A DNA stretch of 62,920 bases from Verrucomicrobiota bacterium (GCA_022704185.1 JAKJGV010000003.1:1-62920); one strand, 5' to 3'. Shown: positions 1 through 9,220, numbered from the stretch's first letter. A program made the numbers and translations. The notes: a model not told the origin generated them from the sequence alone.

Positions 1-155
1 CGCAACGCCGCGTCGGCTTCGCGCTCGAGAAACGCCTGGTGAAAAAGCACCGCGGCCGCCACCACCGGGCCCGCCAGCGGTCCGCGACCGGCCTCGTCCA
101 TCCCTGCGACGCGCCGAAGACCGGACGCCCACGCCCTGCGCTCGAAGTCCAGCAC
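1..155 (-). CDS. rnhB: Ribonuclease HII, N-terminal fragment (gene continues beyond window start)
   Basis: Own minus-strand translation from GTG at 155: [38 protein letters not shown]... [13 protein letters not shown] is the RNase HII active-site motif. The ORF is open-ended and so absent from the ORF track. It sits in the classic position downstream of rplS. Confidence 0.75.
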   Translation of the reverse strand, partial: MLDFERRAWASGLRRVAGMDEAGRGPLAGPVVAAAVLFHQAFLEREADAAL

Positions 156-177
156 GCCGCAGCCCTTCTTCCTGTCG

Positions 178-525
178 CTATTCTTCGAGGCTGGCCTTGG
201 TCTTCCTGCCGGCCTGTTTGCGCAGGTAATACAGCTTCGCGCGACGCGCGCGCCCGGCCCGCTCGACCTCGATCTTGGTAACGGCCGGCGCGTGCACGGG
301 GAAGACGCGTTCCACGCCCTCGCCGTAGGAAACGCGGCGAACGGTGAAAGTCTCTGTCGCGCCGCCGCCGTCCCTGGCCACCACGGTGCCGGAGAAGGCC
401 TGCACGCGCTCCTTGTCGCCTTCCTTGATCTTGACGTGCACCTTGATGGAGTCGCCGATGTTGAAGGAGGGGACTTTCTTCTTCATCTGCTCGCCCGCGA
501 TCTTCTCGAGAACTTTCACGCTCAT
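178..525 (-). CDS. rplS: 50S ribosomal protein L19 (bL19)
   Basis: 115-aa ORF with ATG start. Typical bL19 sequence: [34 protein letters not shown]...RRAKLYYLR. Confidence 0.97.
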   Translation of the reverse strand: MSVKVLEKIAGEQMKKKVPSFNIGDSIKVHVKIKEGDKERVQAFSGTVVARDGGGATETFTVRRVSYGEGVERVFPVHAPAVTKIEVERAGRARRAKLYYLRKQAGRKTKASLEE

Positions 526-547
526 GTTCGACCTCGATTCCTTGTTG

Positions 548-1234
548 CTACTTATTCTTCTTCAAATCCGGCCTGCGCTCAAGCGTACGCTCCTGCGCCC
601 TGGCCTCGCGCCAACGCGCGATTTCCGCGTGATCGCCCGACACCAGCACATCCGGCACGCGCATGCCGCGGAATTCCGCCGGCCGCGTGTACTGCTCGTG
701 TTCGAGCAACCCACCCTCGAACGAGTCCTGCTCCGCCGCACCCTCCGCGCCGAGCACACCCGGCAGGAGTCGAACAACCGCATCAATCACCACCGCGGCG
801 GGCAGCGCCCCGTTCGTGAGCACGTAATCCCCGATGGAGATCTCGTCGTCCACCAGGGCCGCCCGCACCCGTTCATCCACTCCTTCGTAGTGACCGCAGA
901 TAAAGACAAGGTGCGATTCCCTGCTCAACTCCCGCGCCATCGCCTGGTCGAACCGCCGTCCCTGCGGCGTCATCAGGATCACACGCGCCTTCTCGCCCCG
1001 CACGGCCTCAACCGCGCTGAAAATCGGTTCGGGCTTCATGATCATGCCCGGCCCACCGCCATACGGCCGATCATCCGTGGTCCGATGCGCATCCGTCGTG
1101 TAATCACGAAGGTTGACCATCCGGATGTCCGCCTTGCCCATCCGAACAGCCCGCTTCAGCATGCTTTCCCCGAGAAAACCCGCAAGCATCTGGGGGAAAA
1201 TGGTGATGACGTCAATCTGAAGCGGCCCATTCAT
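548..1234 (-). CDS. trmD: tRNA (guanine37-N1)-methyltransferase TrmD
   Basis: The ORF opens at GTG 1294, but the conserved TrmD N-terminus ([17 protein letters not shown]) begins at ATG 1234. The rest is TrmD-like throughout ([25 protein letters not shown]). Confidence 0.93.
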   Translation of the reverse strand: MNGPLQIDVITIFPQMLAGFLGESMLKRAVRMGKADIRMVNLRDYTTDAHRTTDDRPYGGGPGMIMKPEPIFSAVEAVRGEKARVILMTPQGRRFDQAMARELSRESHLVFICGHYEGVDERVRAALVDDEISIGDYVLTNGALPAAVVIDAVVRLLPGVLGAEGAAEQDSFEGGLLEHEQYTRPAEFRGMRVPDVLVSGDHAEIARWREARAQERTLERRPDLKKNK

Positions 1235-1298
1235 GACCTTCTGTCCGCTTTCGGGCGTCATCCCGGCAGCCGAGCGCGAATCGCGCGGCCACACGGAA

Positions 1299-1529
1299 CT
1301 ACTCCACGACCTCCAGCATGGCCCGCCGGTTCTTCCGGGCGGCGGCCGTGCTGAGCAGCGTCCGAATGGCTCCCACGGTCTTCCCGCTCTTGCCGATCAC
1401 CTTACCCACGTCATCCGGATGGCAGCGCAACTCCAACACCACGGTGCGCTCGCCGTCCACCTCGGTTATGCGGATATCATCCGGGTGGTCCACCAGCGCG
1501 CGGACAATGTATTCCACAAGTTCCTTCAT
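1299..1529 (-). CDS. KH-domain RNA-binding protein (YlqC/UPF0109 family)
   Basis: [65 protein letters not shown]-type KH motif. Usual position between rpsP and trmD. ATG at 1529 chosen over the longer ORF start at 1667. Confidence 0.85.
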   Translation of the reverse strand: MKELVEYIVRALVDHPDDIRITEVDGERTVVLELRCHPDDVGKVIGKSGKTVGAIRTLLSTAAARKNRRAMLEVVE

Positions 1530-1542
1530 GCTTGCCCCGCTC

Positions 1543-1836
1543 TCACGCGCCAACAGGCGCTGCCTGGGCTGCTTCAGGAGACTTCGTCCCCTCGCCCTTC
1601 TTGATCTTCCGGAGCAGGCTTCGCACGGTGTCCGATACGATCGCCCCGCGGCCGACCCAGAAAGCAATGCGATCCGTATTCAGGCTGAACCTGTTGGAGC
1701 CCTTCTTCTTCGGATCGTACCAGCCCACGTTTTCGAGAAATGTTCCGCGGTTGGACCGACGAACATCGGTCACCACCACCCGGAAAAAGGGCTGCTTGTT
1801 GCTTCCCGTTCTCCGCATCCTGATCTTAACAGACAT
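1543..1836 (-). CDS. rpsP: 30S ribosomal protein S16 (bS16)
   Basis: MSVKIRMRRTGSNKQPFFRVVVTDVRRSNRGTFLENVGWYDP is the canonical bS16 N-terminus. GGAGGA SD lies upstream. Confidence 0.97.
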   Translation of the reverse strand: MSVKIRMRRTGSNKQPFFRVVVTDVRRSNRGTFLENVGWYDPKKKGSNRFSLNTDRIAFWVGRGAIVSDTVRSLLRKIKKGEGTKSPEAAQAAPVGA

Positions 1837-1902
1837 GTTATCCTCCAGCCATACAGGGCCCGGGCGCTACGCCCGAGGCCTACGAAAGGCACGCTGTTTA
1901 CA

Positions 1903-3231
1903 TCACTTTGGCCGCCTTAGCAACCTTTTTTGCATCTGCTTCATGCGCCGGCTCATGTCCTTGGCCCGCTCGAAATTCCTCAGCAAATCGTTGATTTCGT
2001 GCACCTGCGTACCACTGCCCGCCGCGACGCGCCGTTTGCGGCTTGCATTCATGAGCGCGGGATTCCTGCGCTCCTCGGGGGTCATACTGCGGATAATGGC
2101 CTCTGTCCTCTTCAAATCGCGATCGGAAAAGCCCTCCATCCGGCCTTTCGCGCCGGCGGGCAGGGCCCCCATGCCGGGCATCATTTCCAGCAGGTTTTCG
2201 AGCGGCCCCATCTTCTTCACCTGCTGAAGTTGCCCAAGGAAGTCGCCGAGGTCGAATGACCCCTCGACCAGCGATTCCTGCATCCGCTCCATTTCCTGCT
2301 CGTCGAACGCCTGCTGGGCCTTCTCAACCAGGGTAACCACATCGCCCATTCCGAGAATGCGCGAAGCCATGCGGTCCGGATGGAACGGTTCGAGGTCCGC
2401 GGGGCGCTCGCCGGTTCCCACGAGGAGGATCGGGCATCCGGTCACGGCCTGCACGGAAAGCGCCGCGCCGCCGCGCGCATCGCCATCGAGCTTGGTCAGG
2501 ATCAGGCCGGTGAGCCCGACTTCCTTCTGAAACGTCTGCGCGACATGGACGGACTCCTGCCCGATCGCGGCATCCAGCACGAGCACGACATTCCGCGGTT
2601 GCAGCAGGTCGCGCAGATCCTTGAGTTCCTGGACCAGTTCCGAGTCCAGTTGGAAGCGCCCGCCTGTGTCGAAGATCACGGCATCCGCCTTGTCCCGTGC
2701 CGCCTGCTGCTGCACGCGCCGGGCGAGCCCGCCGAGGTCCTCCCCCGGACGCGGAGTCACGGCTTCGACGCCGGCCGCCTCGGCGAGAATGCGGAGCTGG
2801 TCCACCGCCGCGGGCCGCCGGAGATCGCCGGCAGCCAGCAGGATACGCCGCCCTTCCGCCTTCCATCGCGCCGCGAGCTTGGAGGCCGTCGTCGTCTTGC
2901 CCGCACCGTGAAGCCCCAGCAACAACACATGGGACGGCCGCACCGACCAGTCGAAATCCCGGCGCGCACCGCCCAGCAGCGCGGCCATCTCGTCGTGCAC
3001 ATGCTTGATCATCTGCTGGCCCGGACTGATGCTTTCAAGCACATCCTTCCCCAGCGACTTCTCTTTGACCCGCGCCGTGAAATCGCGCACGACCTCGAAG
3101 TTGACGTCGGCTTCGAGCAGGGCAAGACGCACTTCGCGCAGCGCGTCCTGCACGTTGCGCTCCGTCAACCGCCCATGGCCGCGCAGGCGGGAGAAGATCT
3201 TCTGAAGCGAGCTGGAAAGACGGTCGAACAT
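1903..3231 (-). CDS. ffh: Signal recognition particle protein Ffh
   Basis: 442 aa. N/G domain with GLHGAGKTTT P-loop, DTGGR, TKLDGDARGG. Met-rich M domain (MMPGMG...MKQMQK). Confidence 0.97.
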   Translation of the reverse strand: MFDRLSSSLQKIFSRLRGHGRLTERNVQDALREVRLALLEADVNFEVVRDFTARVKEKSLGKDVLESISPGQQMIKHVHDEMAALLGGARRDFDWSVRPSHVLLLGLHGAGKTTTASKLAARWKAEGRRILLAAGDLRRPAAVDQLRILAEAAGVEAVTPRPGEDLGGLARRVQQQAARDKADAVIFDTGGRFQLDSELVQELKDLRDLLQPRNVVLVLDAAIGQESVHVAQTFQKEVGLTGLILTKLDGDARGGAALSVQAVTGCPILLVGTGERPADLEPFHPDRMASRILGMGDVVTLVEKAQQAFDEQEMERMQESLVEGSFDLGDFLGQLQQVKKMGPLENLLEMMPGMGALPAGAKGRMEGFSDRDLKRTEAIIRSMTPEERRNPALMNASRKRRVAAGSGTQVHEINDLLRNFERAKDMSRRMKQMQKRLLRRPK

Positions 3232-3244
3232 GCAGGGGTCCTGT

Positions 3245-3670
3245 CTATGGCGTGCTGAAATCCCGAAGCGATGCCGCGCCGGGGGATATCGGGCGGGGTG
3301 AATCCCCCTGCACCGAAAAGCCCGGGATGCGGCCGGCCGACACTTCGATCAGCCCCCGGCCCTCGCAACGCATGCAGACGCGCGCATGACCGGTGTCCAC
3401 ATCGTACACGCGCCCCATCCCGACGCAGGCCGGACAAAGCAGCTCTGTTTCTTCGTTCAGCTTGCGCACGTGCTTCCCTCCGACGCCGTAGCATATCGGA
3501 CAGAGAAGCACCGCCGCGGAAGCCGGGTCCCGGATCGTGCCCGCTCCGCCGCAATACGGACACTCTATCTTCTCCGTGGGGAACCGGAATACGATGGGCT
3601 TTATGTCCACCTTCTGACGGCCCACCCAAAAGCCCTGCAGCAGGGCCGCGAGCGGCAGGATGATGAGCAT
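3245..3670 (-). CDS. Membrane-anchored protein with DnaJ-type zinc-finger domain (4x CxxCxGxG), no J domain
   Basis: ATG 3670 gives MLIILPLAALLQGFWV (hydrophobic anchor), then CPYCGGAG, CPICYGVG, CPACVGMG, CMRCEGRG. The longer ORF (to 3871) would overlap prmC and is Arg/Gly-rich. Confidence 0.7.
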   Translation of the reverse strand: MLIILPLAALLQGFWVGRQKVDIKPIVFRFPTEKIECPYCGGAGTIRDPASAAVLLCPICYGVGGKHVRKLNEETELLCPACVGMGRVYDVDTGHARVCMRCEGRGLIEVSAGRIPGFSVQGDSPRPISPGAASLRDFSTP

Positions 3671-3735
3671 CGCGGCCGCAGCAACCTGCGACCGGGTGAA
3701 AACTTGCCGGCTGTGTCTCGACGGGCGGGATGAAG

Positions 3736-4617
3736 TCACGGTTTCTCTCCTTCGACGATCCGGTCGCGCCCGGAGAGATCCTTGATCACCGCCACCGCGC
3801 GGAAATCCTGTCTTTCCATCTGCGCCGCGACTTCCGGCGCCTGGTTCTCGCCTGTCTCCATAAACAGCCATCCCGCTGATTTAAGCGCACGAAAGGCTTC
3901 GGGTACAAGCCGGGAGATTACGGAAAGCCCGTCTTCACCGCCATCCAAGGCCGCCCGGGGCTCGAAATCCCTTATCTCCCGGGGCAACCGAAGCCATTCG
4001 CCGGTGGCGACATATGGAGGGTTGGACACCACGGCCTGCAACGAGTCGGCCGCCAGCGCCGACAACAGGTCGCAGCGCATGAAACGGATACGATCCGCAA
4101 CGCCGGCACGGCCTGCGTTGTCGCGAGCCAACTCAAGCGCATCCTCGGCAGCATCCGTCGCCACAATCTCCGCCGACGGCCGAGCCAGCGCGAGACTGAC
4201 CGCGATGCATCCCGAGCCCGTGCCCACATCCCCCAACCGAACCGCAGAACATCTCCACAGCTCCTCGCGCCGCAAAACGCGCTCCACCAGTTCTTCCGTT
4301 TCCGGACGGGGAATCAACACGCGCCGGTCCACCGCGAAAAGCGTTCCCATGAACTCCACGTCGCCGAGGATGTACTGCAACGGCTCCCCATCGAGGAGTC
4401 GCCGCAACAAGCCGCGAAAGGCCGCGCAACGCGCCGGCTCGACCACGCGGTCCCGGCTCAGCGGCAACTCCAGGCGCCGGCATCCGACAACGCGGGCCAG
4501 CAGTGTTTCGGCTTTGAGTCTTGATTCGGAGATCTCCGCCGCAGCGAGTTCCGCCGCGGCCCGATCGAGAAGGTCCGCGACGGTCAACCCCGCATCCGCA
4601 TGACCATCATGCGCCAC
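3736..4617 (-). CDS. prmC: Peptide chain release factor N5-glutamine methyltransferase PrmC/HemK
   Basis: NPPY catalytic motif (VVSNPPYV) and SAM motif [10 protein letters not shown]. Start uncertain: the ORF opens at 4674 and overlaps prfA, GTG at 4617 is preferred, TTG at 4590 is also possible. Confidence 0.9.
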   Translation of the reverse strand: MAHDGHADAGLTVADLLDRAAAELAAAEISESRLKAETLLARVVGCRRLELPLSRDRVVEPARCAAFRGLLRRLLDGEPLQYILGDVEFMGTLFAVDRRVLIPRPETEELVERVLRREELWRCSAVRLGDVGTGSGCIAVSLALARPSAEIVATDAAEDALELARDNAGRAGVADRIRFMRCDLLSALAADSLQAVVSNPPYVATGEWLRLPREIRDFEPRAALDGGEDGLSVISRLVPEAFRALKSAGWLFMETGENQAPEVAAQMERQDFRAVAVIKDLSGRDRIVEGEKP

Positions 4618-5704
4618 CGGGCTGCTCCATGATTCCCTGCAACCGCATCTCCGTATCGCGATCGCGCAAGGCATCCACGAGCGGATCCATCGCGCCCTCC
4701 ATGACGCGGTCCAGGCTGTACAGCGTCAGGTTGATCCGGTGGTCCGTAACGCGATTCTGCGGAAAGTTGTACGTGCGGATTCGCTCGCTGCGATCGCCGG
4801 AACCGATCTGGGTGCGTCGCTCATCGGCCATCTTCTCCTGTTCGTCACGGCGCATCTTGTCCAGCAGCCGCGCCTTGAGCACCGTCATTGCGCGCTCCCG
4901 GTTTCTCTGCTGCGAACGTTCGTCCTGGCTTTGCACCACGATTCCGGACGACATGTGCGTGATGCGGACAGCGGACTCGGTCTTGTTGACCTTCTGCCCG
5001 CCCGGCCCCGAGGCCCGGTAGAGGTCAATCCGGATGTCCTCCGGGCTGATCTCGATATCGTCGATTTCCTCGGCCTCCGGCAGAACCGCGACGGTGGCAG
5101 CCGATGTGTGAATGCGTCCGCTGGCCTCGGTGACGGGGATGCGCTGCACGCGATGTCCGCCGCTTTCGTAGCGAAGGGTGCGGTACACGTCCTTGCCCTC
5201 GACGGAAAAGACGACTTCCTTGTAACCCCCGATATCCGAGGCGCTCGCATCAATCATACCGATTTTCCAACCCTTGGACTCCGCGAAACGGCTGTACATC
5301 CTGAACAGGTCCGCGGCAAACAGCGCGGCCTCTTCGCCGCCGGTGCCGGCGCGGATTTCCATGATGGTGTTGCGGCTGTCGGCCGGATCCGGCGGAAGCA
5401 GCGCGACCATGAGGTCTTTCTCCGCCTGCGGCAGCAACCCCTCGACGCGCGAGAGCTCGGCCCGGGCCATCTCCTTCAACTCGGGGTCCGTGGACGAATC
5501 GTCGAACAGCGCGCGGCTCTCGTCGCGCTCGCGCAGCAGTTGAAAATAGAGGTCCGCCGGCACCTTGACGTCCTTCAGGTGCGCGTGCTCCTCGAGCAGT
5601 GCGCGGAACTTTTTCTGGTTGGCGGATGTGGCAGGATCGGACAATTGCGTCTCGATCTCCTGCATCCGCGCCATCAGCGCGTCAATTCTGGCTTTCGGTA
5701 TCAT
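4607..5704 (-). CDS. prfA: Peptide chain release factor 1
   Basis: 365 aa with a GGQ motif ([19 protein letters not shown]) and the RF1-specific PVT tripeptide ([14 protein letters not shown]). Confidence 0.97.
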   Translation of the reverse strand: MIPKARIDALMARMQEIETQLSDPATSANQKKFRALLEEHAHLKDVKVPADLYFQLLRERDESRALFDDSSTDPELKEMARAELSRVEGLLPQAEKDLMVALLPPDPADSRNTIMEIRAGTGGEEAALFAADLFRMYSRFAESKGWKIGMIDASASDIGGYKEVVFSVEGKDVYRTLRYESGGHRVQRIPVTEASGRIHTSAATVAVLPEAEEIDDIEISPEDIRIDLYRASGPGGQKVNKTESAVRITHMSSGIVVQSQDERSQQRNRERAMTVLKARLLDKMRRDEQEKMADERRTQIGSGDRSERIRTYNFPQNRVTDHRINLTLYSLDRVMEGAMDPLVDALRDRDTEMRLQGIMEQPGGA

Positions 5705-5754
5705 TGGATCACAATTGGTTTAGTCACGGCGAACCTCAAATTGAAGGCCAGGAT

Positions 5755-5857
5755 AACCGCGAATTAACACGAATTGACGCGAATAGAAACTCGTCTTTGC
5801 ATCAGCCTGTAAATTCTTCCGTCTTCAATCAGCGAGAATCCGCGTCAATTCGCGGTT
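5755..5857. repeat. MITE/REP-like palindromic element, family with AACCGCGAATTAACAC termini (copy A)
   Basis: AACCGCGAATT (5755-5765) pairs with AATTCGCGGTT (5847-5857). GAATTGACGCG (5771-5781) pairs with CGCGTCAATTC (5841-5851). Shares its 16-nt terminus with copy B at 13454. Confidence 0.65.
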
Positions 5858-5886
5858 CAGACTCCGGTCCTTTTTGCGGCCACTCC

Positions 5887-5933
5887 AAAAAAGACCAAGG
5901 GCCGGGGAATCGGATTTCGATCCACCGGCCCTT
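5887..5933 (-). terminator. Rho-independent terminator downstream of rpmE
   Basis: On the minus strand: AAGGGCCGG...CCGGCCCTT stem (5897-5905 / 5925-5933), then GGTC and TTTTTT (5887-5892), 12 nt after the rpmE stop. Confidence 0.6.
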
Positions 5934-5944
5934 CGTTCGCAAAG

Positions 5945-6178
5945 CTACTTCGCCGAAGCCTTGGCTCCGGCCTTCGGGGCGCTCTTGGCCCAGCGGCGCT
6001 GGAAGCGTTCGACGCGGCCTTCCGAGTCGAGCAGCTTCGCCGTGCCCGTAAAGAACGGATGGCACTTCGCGCAGGTGTTCACATGCATTTCCTTGACGGT
6101 CGAGCGCGTCTTCAGCACGCTGCCGCAGGCGCAGGTGATCGTCGCGTCGCCGTATTCCGGATGAATCTCTTTCTTCAT
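5945..6178 (-). CDS. rpmE: 50S ribosomal protein L31 (Zn-ribbon C+ form)
   Basis: MKKEIHPEYGDATITCACGSVLKTRSTVKEMHVNTCAKCHPFFTG. CxC...CxxC zinc ligands are present. Confidence 0.96.
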   Translation of the reverse strand: MKKEIHPEYGDATITCACGSVLKTRSTVKEMHVNTCAKCHPFFTGTAKLLDSEGRVERFQRRWAKSAPKAGAKASAK

Positions 6179-6423
6179 ACGTCCAACCTCTGTTTTCCCC
6201 GGCCGCCCACGCGGCCTCCTGTTTCACAAAGACTCGGAACCATACAGGGGAGCCCCCGGCTTTGCAAGAGCAGATATTGGCTGGAAATATGCGGGTGAGG
6301 AAACAGGGGGGCACGGCCTCCGGCTGCGCTCACCCGCATCTTCTTGCGGCTCCGCGGAGCGTCGCCCTCCATCGAAAATGCACGTGTTTGCGTGGTGTCC
6401 GTCAAGTTGAGCCAGGAAACACA

Positions 6424-6462
6424 GAACGCCGGCGCTTGCAACGCGCCGGCGTTCCGCTTTTT
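6424..6462. terminator. Strong GC hairpin terminator (possibly bidirectional) downstream of the PEP-CTERM gene
   Basis: GAACGCCGGCGC-TTGCAAC-GCGCCGGCGTTC (12-bp stem). The T-run CGCTTTTT follows on the plus strand; TGTGTTTCC follows on the minus strand. Confidence 0.5.
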
Positions 6463-6485
6463 CAGGAGGGATGAGAAGTCCGGAT

Positions 6486-7100
6486 TTACCGTCGTGCTTT
6501 TCGGCGGAAAACGAACAGGAGACCGCCCAATCCCAGCAACGCCACGGCGGTGGGTTCAGGGATTACATTGACGTTATCGAAGAATGCGCTGCCCGAGCCT
6601 GTTCCATCGTTCCAAATATTGACGATCACGCGGCCTACCGCGGCACCATCCGGGGCCTGCTGCGAGCCTGATTCCGCGAGGTACCACAAATCCTCGCCTG
6701 CCGTCTGGTTGCCGCTTCCGAAGCTGTACTGCCAGGCCACACCGATCAACTGGTCCGACGCATCGCGCCATTCAAGCGAAACCCCGCCCACGCGACCCGT
6801 GCTGCCCCACAGGATCGGATCCCACTCGGCGTGGCACGCATACGCACTGATCTCGTATGTGGCGCCCGGATTCACGCTGAAATCCTGGTAAAGTCCCGCA
6901 TCCGTCCACATCCGCACCATCGTCGAGCCGTCCTGTTCCCACCCCCATCCGGAGATGCTCTGCATATTGCCCGGCCCCCAGGATTGCCAACTGGTCAACC
7001 CGCTCTCAAAGCTTCCGTTCAGAATGAGATTCCCCTGCGCCGACAGTCCGAACACCAACACGGCCGCCACCAACCCACCGATCACGATTATCCTACGCAT
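6486..7100 (-). CDS. PEP-CTERM sorting-domain secreted protein with CBM4/9-like (galactose-binding-like) domain
   Basis: Signal peptide MRRIIVIGGLVAAVLVFGLSAQG, NLILNGSFE motif, C-terminal VIPEPTAVALLGLGGLLFVFRRKARR (PEP + TM + basic tail). ATG 7100 is preceded by GGAGGAGG. Confidence 0.88.
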   Translation of the reverse strand: MRRIIVIGGLVAAVLVFGLSAQGNLILNGSFESGLTSWQSWGPGNMQSISGWGWEQDGSTMVRMWTDAGLYQDFSVNPGATYEISAYACHAEWDPILWGSTGRVGGVSLEWRDASDQLIGVAWQYSFGSGNQTAGEDLWYLAESGSQQAPDGAAVGRVIVNIWNDGTGSGSAFFDNVNVIPEPTAVALLGLGGLLFVFRRKARR

Positions 7101-7232
7101 CACACTTCCTCCTCCATGACCTACTTCCCCACCACTGGAGCCACAGGACACCCCGAGCCCACAACAAACGTTTGCGTTATATTGTCAAAAAAGGGACGAG
7201 CCGAAGCTCGCTGACAATCTTGTACATATGCG

Positions 7233-7260
7233 ATTATGCCTTTAAACAAAGCATTGTCAA
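7233..7260 (-). promoter_or_regulatory. Candidate sigma70-type promoter for PEP-CTERM gene 6486-7100
   Basis: Minus strand: TTGACA (7260-7255), 16-nt spacer, CATAAT (7238-7233), about 130 nt upstream of the ATG in an AT-rich island. The promoter consensus for this lineage is unknown. Confidence 0.25.
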
Positions 7261-7373
7261 CAAAAGTTACAAAAAATACATCTGGAGCAATCGATTGCTT
7301 TACACATCTCGTTTTACGGTGTTTTTGGCTTGGGGGCTCTAGCAATTAGGCTTTGCCCGTGACGCGATCTCCA

Positions 7374-9167
7374 TCAACGCGGTCTGCTGCCCGAACCCTG
7401 TTTCACTCTTTTCAGAAGATTTTCGATTTCGACCGTGTCCGGCGAAAGAGCCGCGGCCCGCTCCAAGTGTACTATCGCATCGCTCGTGCGCTGCTGTCGC
7501 AGGTACATCGTGGCCAATGCGTAGTGCGCCCTAGGATCGTTCGGATCCAATTCGACAGCTCGCGCAAGATGCCGGATGGACGCTTCATGTTCCCCCAGCG
7601 AGGCGAACACCATCCCCAAGTCCCGCTGCGACGGCGCGTTGTCAGGGAAGTAGCGAACGGCCCCATGCACACAAACGGCCGCTTCATTCCTCCTCCCCAT
7701 TCTGAAGAGCGTCAGCGCGAGGTTCATCCTGGCGGGGACATAATCCGGCTTGATGCGCAGGGCCTCCTCAAAGTGAACCAACGCTTCCCCGGAACGCCCT
7801 TCCGCAATGAACTCGCGGGCCAGGTTCTCGTGCATCACGTAGTTTCCGCGAGTGACCTGAACCGCGTGCGCGAAGAGGTCCTGACTCGTGCGCCAGCGAG
7901 ACAACTGGCTCCGCGATCGCGCAAACAGCGCGGCGAGAACGGCGATGGTCAAACACACAACGGCCCATCGCGGAACAACCTGTGCTCGCACCGCATCGCC
8001 CAGCCCCCAGGCGACGATCAGAAAGAGTCCGATCAACGGGATGTACGCATACCGATCAGCCACATCCAGATGCCCGATCATCACAATCCCTATGACCGGC
8101 ACCAGCGTCCCGAGAAACCAACACCAGCCAACGATTCCATATGGATGAGTACGGCAGGTCCGGAGCGCGAAAACGGTGAACAGCAGAAGCGCCGCCAGGC
8201 CGATCGCCACCGTGCCGGCCGCGGGGCCGGCGGGCTGTCGCGGATACAGGACCGCGAGGCCGCGCGGCCAGAGAGCCTTGTCAATGTACTGGACGTAGTT
8301 GGAGATGATGTACGCGAGGCGTGTTTGCAGAGGATATTCCGCCGCCGGTATGACGGCGCCGGCGGCGTCCTGCGTCCGATACGCAAGAACGGAAACCACG
8401 CCCACCAGCACGACGAGCGGCAGCTTTTCGATGATCAGCCGCGGCAAGGCGGCGTTGAGCGACGGGGCGGTGCAGTCCAGCCGCCGAAGCGGCCAATAGT
8501 CCAGGAGCAACAGCGTGAAAGGGAACGTCACCGCCGCAGGCTTGCTCATGAGGGCGGCGGCAAGGGAGCTGAAAACCAGCAGGTAGCGGACCCATGAAGG
8601 CCGGCGCACATACCCAGCATAGGCCCCCATCCCGAGAAGCCAGAACAGGGTACAGAGAAGGGTCTTGCGCTGGGACACCCAGGCGACGGATTCCACGTTC
8701 AACGGGTGAAGCGCGAAGAGCGCGGCCGCGAGCGCGGAACGCCACGTGGCGCCGGTCAACCCGCGCAGGATCAGGAAAAGCAGCAGGGTGTTCAGCACAT
8801 GGAGACACAGGTTGGCGCCGTGATGACCGCCCGGCGACAAACCGAACATGCGGGCATCCAGCATATGGGAAATCATGGTTAGCGGATGCCAGTTCCCTCC
8901 GACGTATGTCTTGAAGGATTGGATCGCCGTTTCGACCCCGAGGCCCTGCCGGACGAGAGGATTTTCCGTGACGTAGCCGGGATCGTCATACCGAACGAAT
9001 TCAAAACCCACGACCGGCAGGTAGGCCAGGATGGCGGCAAGAGCCAGTGCAACGGCCAACCAGGCCACGGCCCATCGCGGCCGCTCACGACCGGCAGAAG
9101 GCGGCCCCTCAATGAACAAGGATTGAAGTGATTCATCCATCGCGATCAGTGTGTGTAACGCGGACAT
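7374..9167 (-). CDS. TMTC-like GT-C membrane protein with C-terminal TPR repeats (putative protein O-mannosyltransferase family)
   Basis: Multi-TM N-terminal region with first-loop motif FVRYDDPGYVTENPLV (compare eukaryotic TMTC FDD..AI.NN). C-terminal TPR repeats. Start at ATG 9167 (alternative 9140); the ORF opens at 9308 inside the upstream gene. Confidence 0.75.
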   Translation of the reverse strand: MSALHTLIAMDESLQSLFIEGPPSAGRERPRWAVAWLAVALALAAILAYLPVVGFEFVRYDDPGYVTENPLVRQGLGVETAIQSFKTYVGGNWHPLTMISHMLDARMFGLSPGGHHGANLCLHVLNTLLLFLILRGLTGATWRSALAAALFALHPLNVESVAWVSQRKTLLCTLFWLLGMGAYAGYVRRPSWVRYLLVFSSLAAALMSKPAAVTFPFTLLLLDYWPLRRLDCTAPSLNAALPRLIIEKLPLVVLVGVVSVLAYRTQDAAGAVIPAAEYPLQTRLAYIISNYVQYIDKALWPRGLAVLYPRQPAGPAAGTVAIGLAALLLFTVFALRTCRTHPYGIVGWCWFLGTLVPVIGIVMIGHLDVADRYAYIPLIGLFLIVAWGLGDAVRAQVVPRWAVVCLTIAVLAALFARSRSQLSRWRTSQDLFAHAVQVTRGNYVMHENLAREFIAEGRSGEALVHFEEALRIKPDYVPARMNLALTLFRMGRRNEAAVCVHGAVRYFPDNAPSQRDLGMVFASLGEHEASIRHLARAVELDPNDPRAHYALATMYLRQQRTSDAIVHLERAAALSPDTVEIENLLKRVKQGSGSRPR

Positions 9168-9220
9168 GGGCGTCAAGCGCGACGGAATCCGGCGGCATTG
9201 TTTTGCGGCTGGATGCCGAC

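Noticed and set aside
3671-3871. N-terminal extension of the DnaJ-zinc-finger ORF (the track start at 3871).
   Set aside because: It would overlap prmC by 136 nt and encodes a Gly/Arg/Pro-rich stretch. The internal Val codons I checked are GTT (not starts), so ATG 3670 is the first credible start.
6297-6311. GAGGAAACAGGGGGG, which superficially resembles the RNase P RNA GAGGAAAGTCCGGGC core.
   Set aside because: The match breaks after GAGGAAA, the other universally conserved RNase P segments are absent, and the gene-free region is too short for the roughly 350-400 nt RNA.
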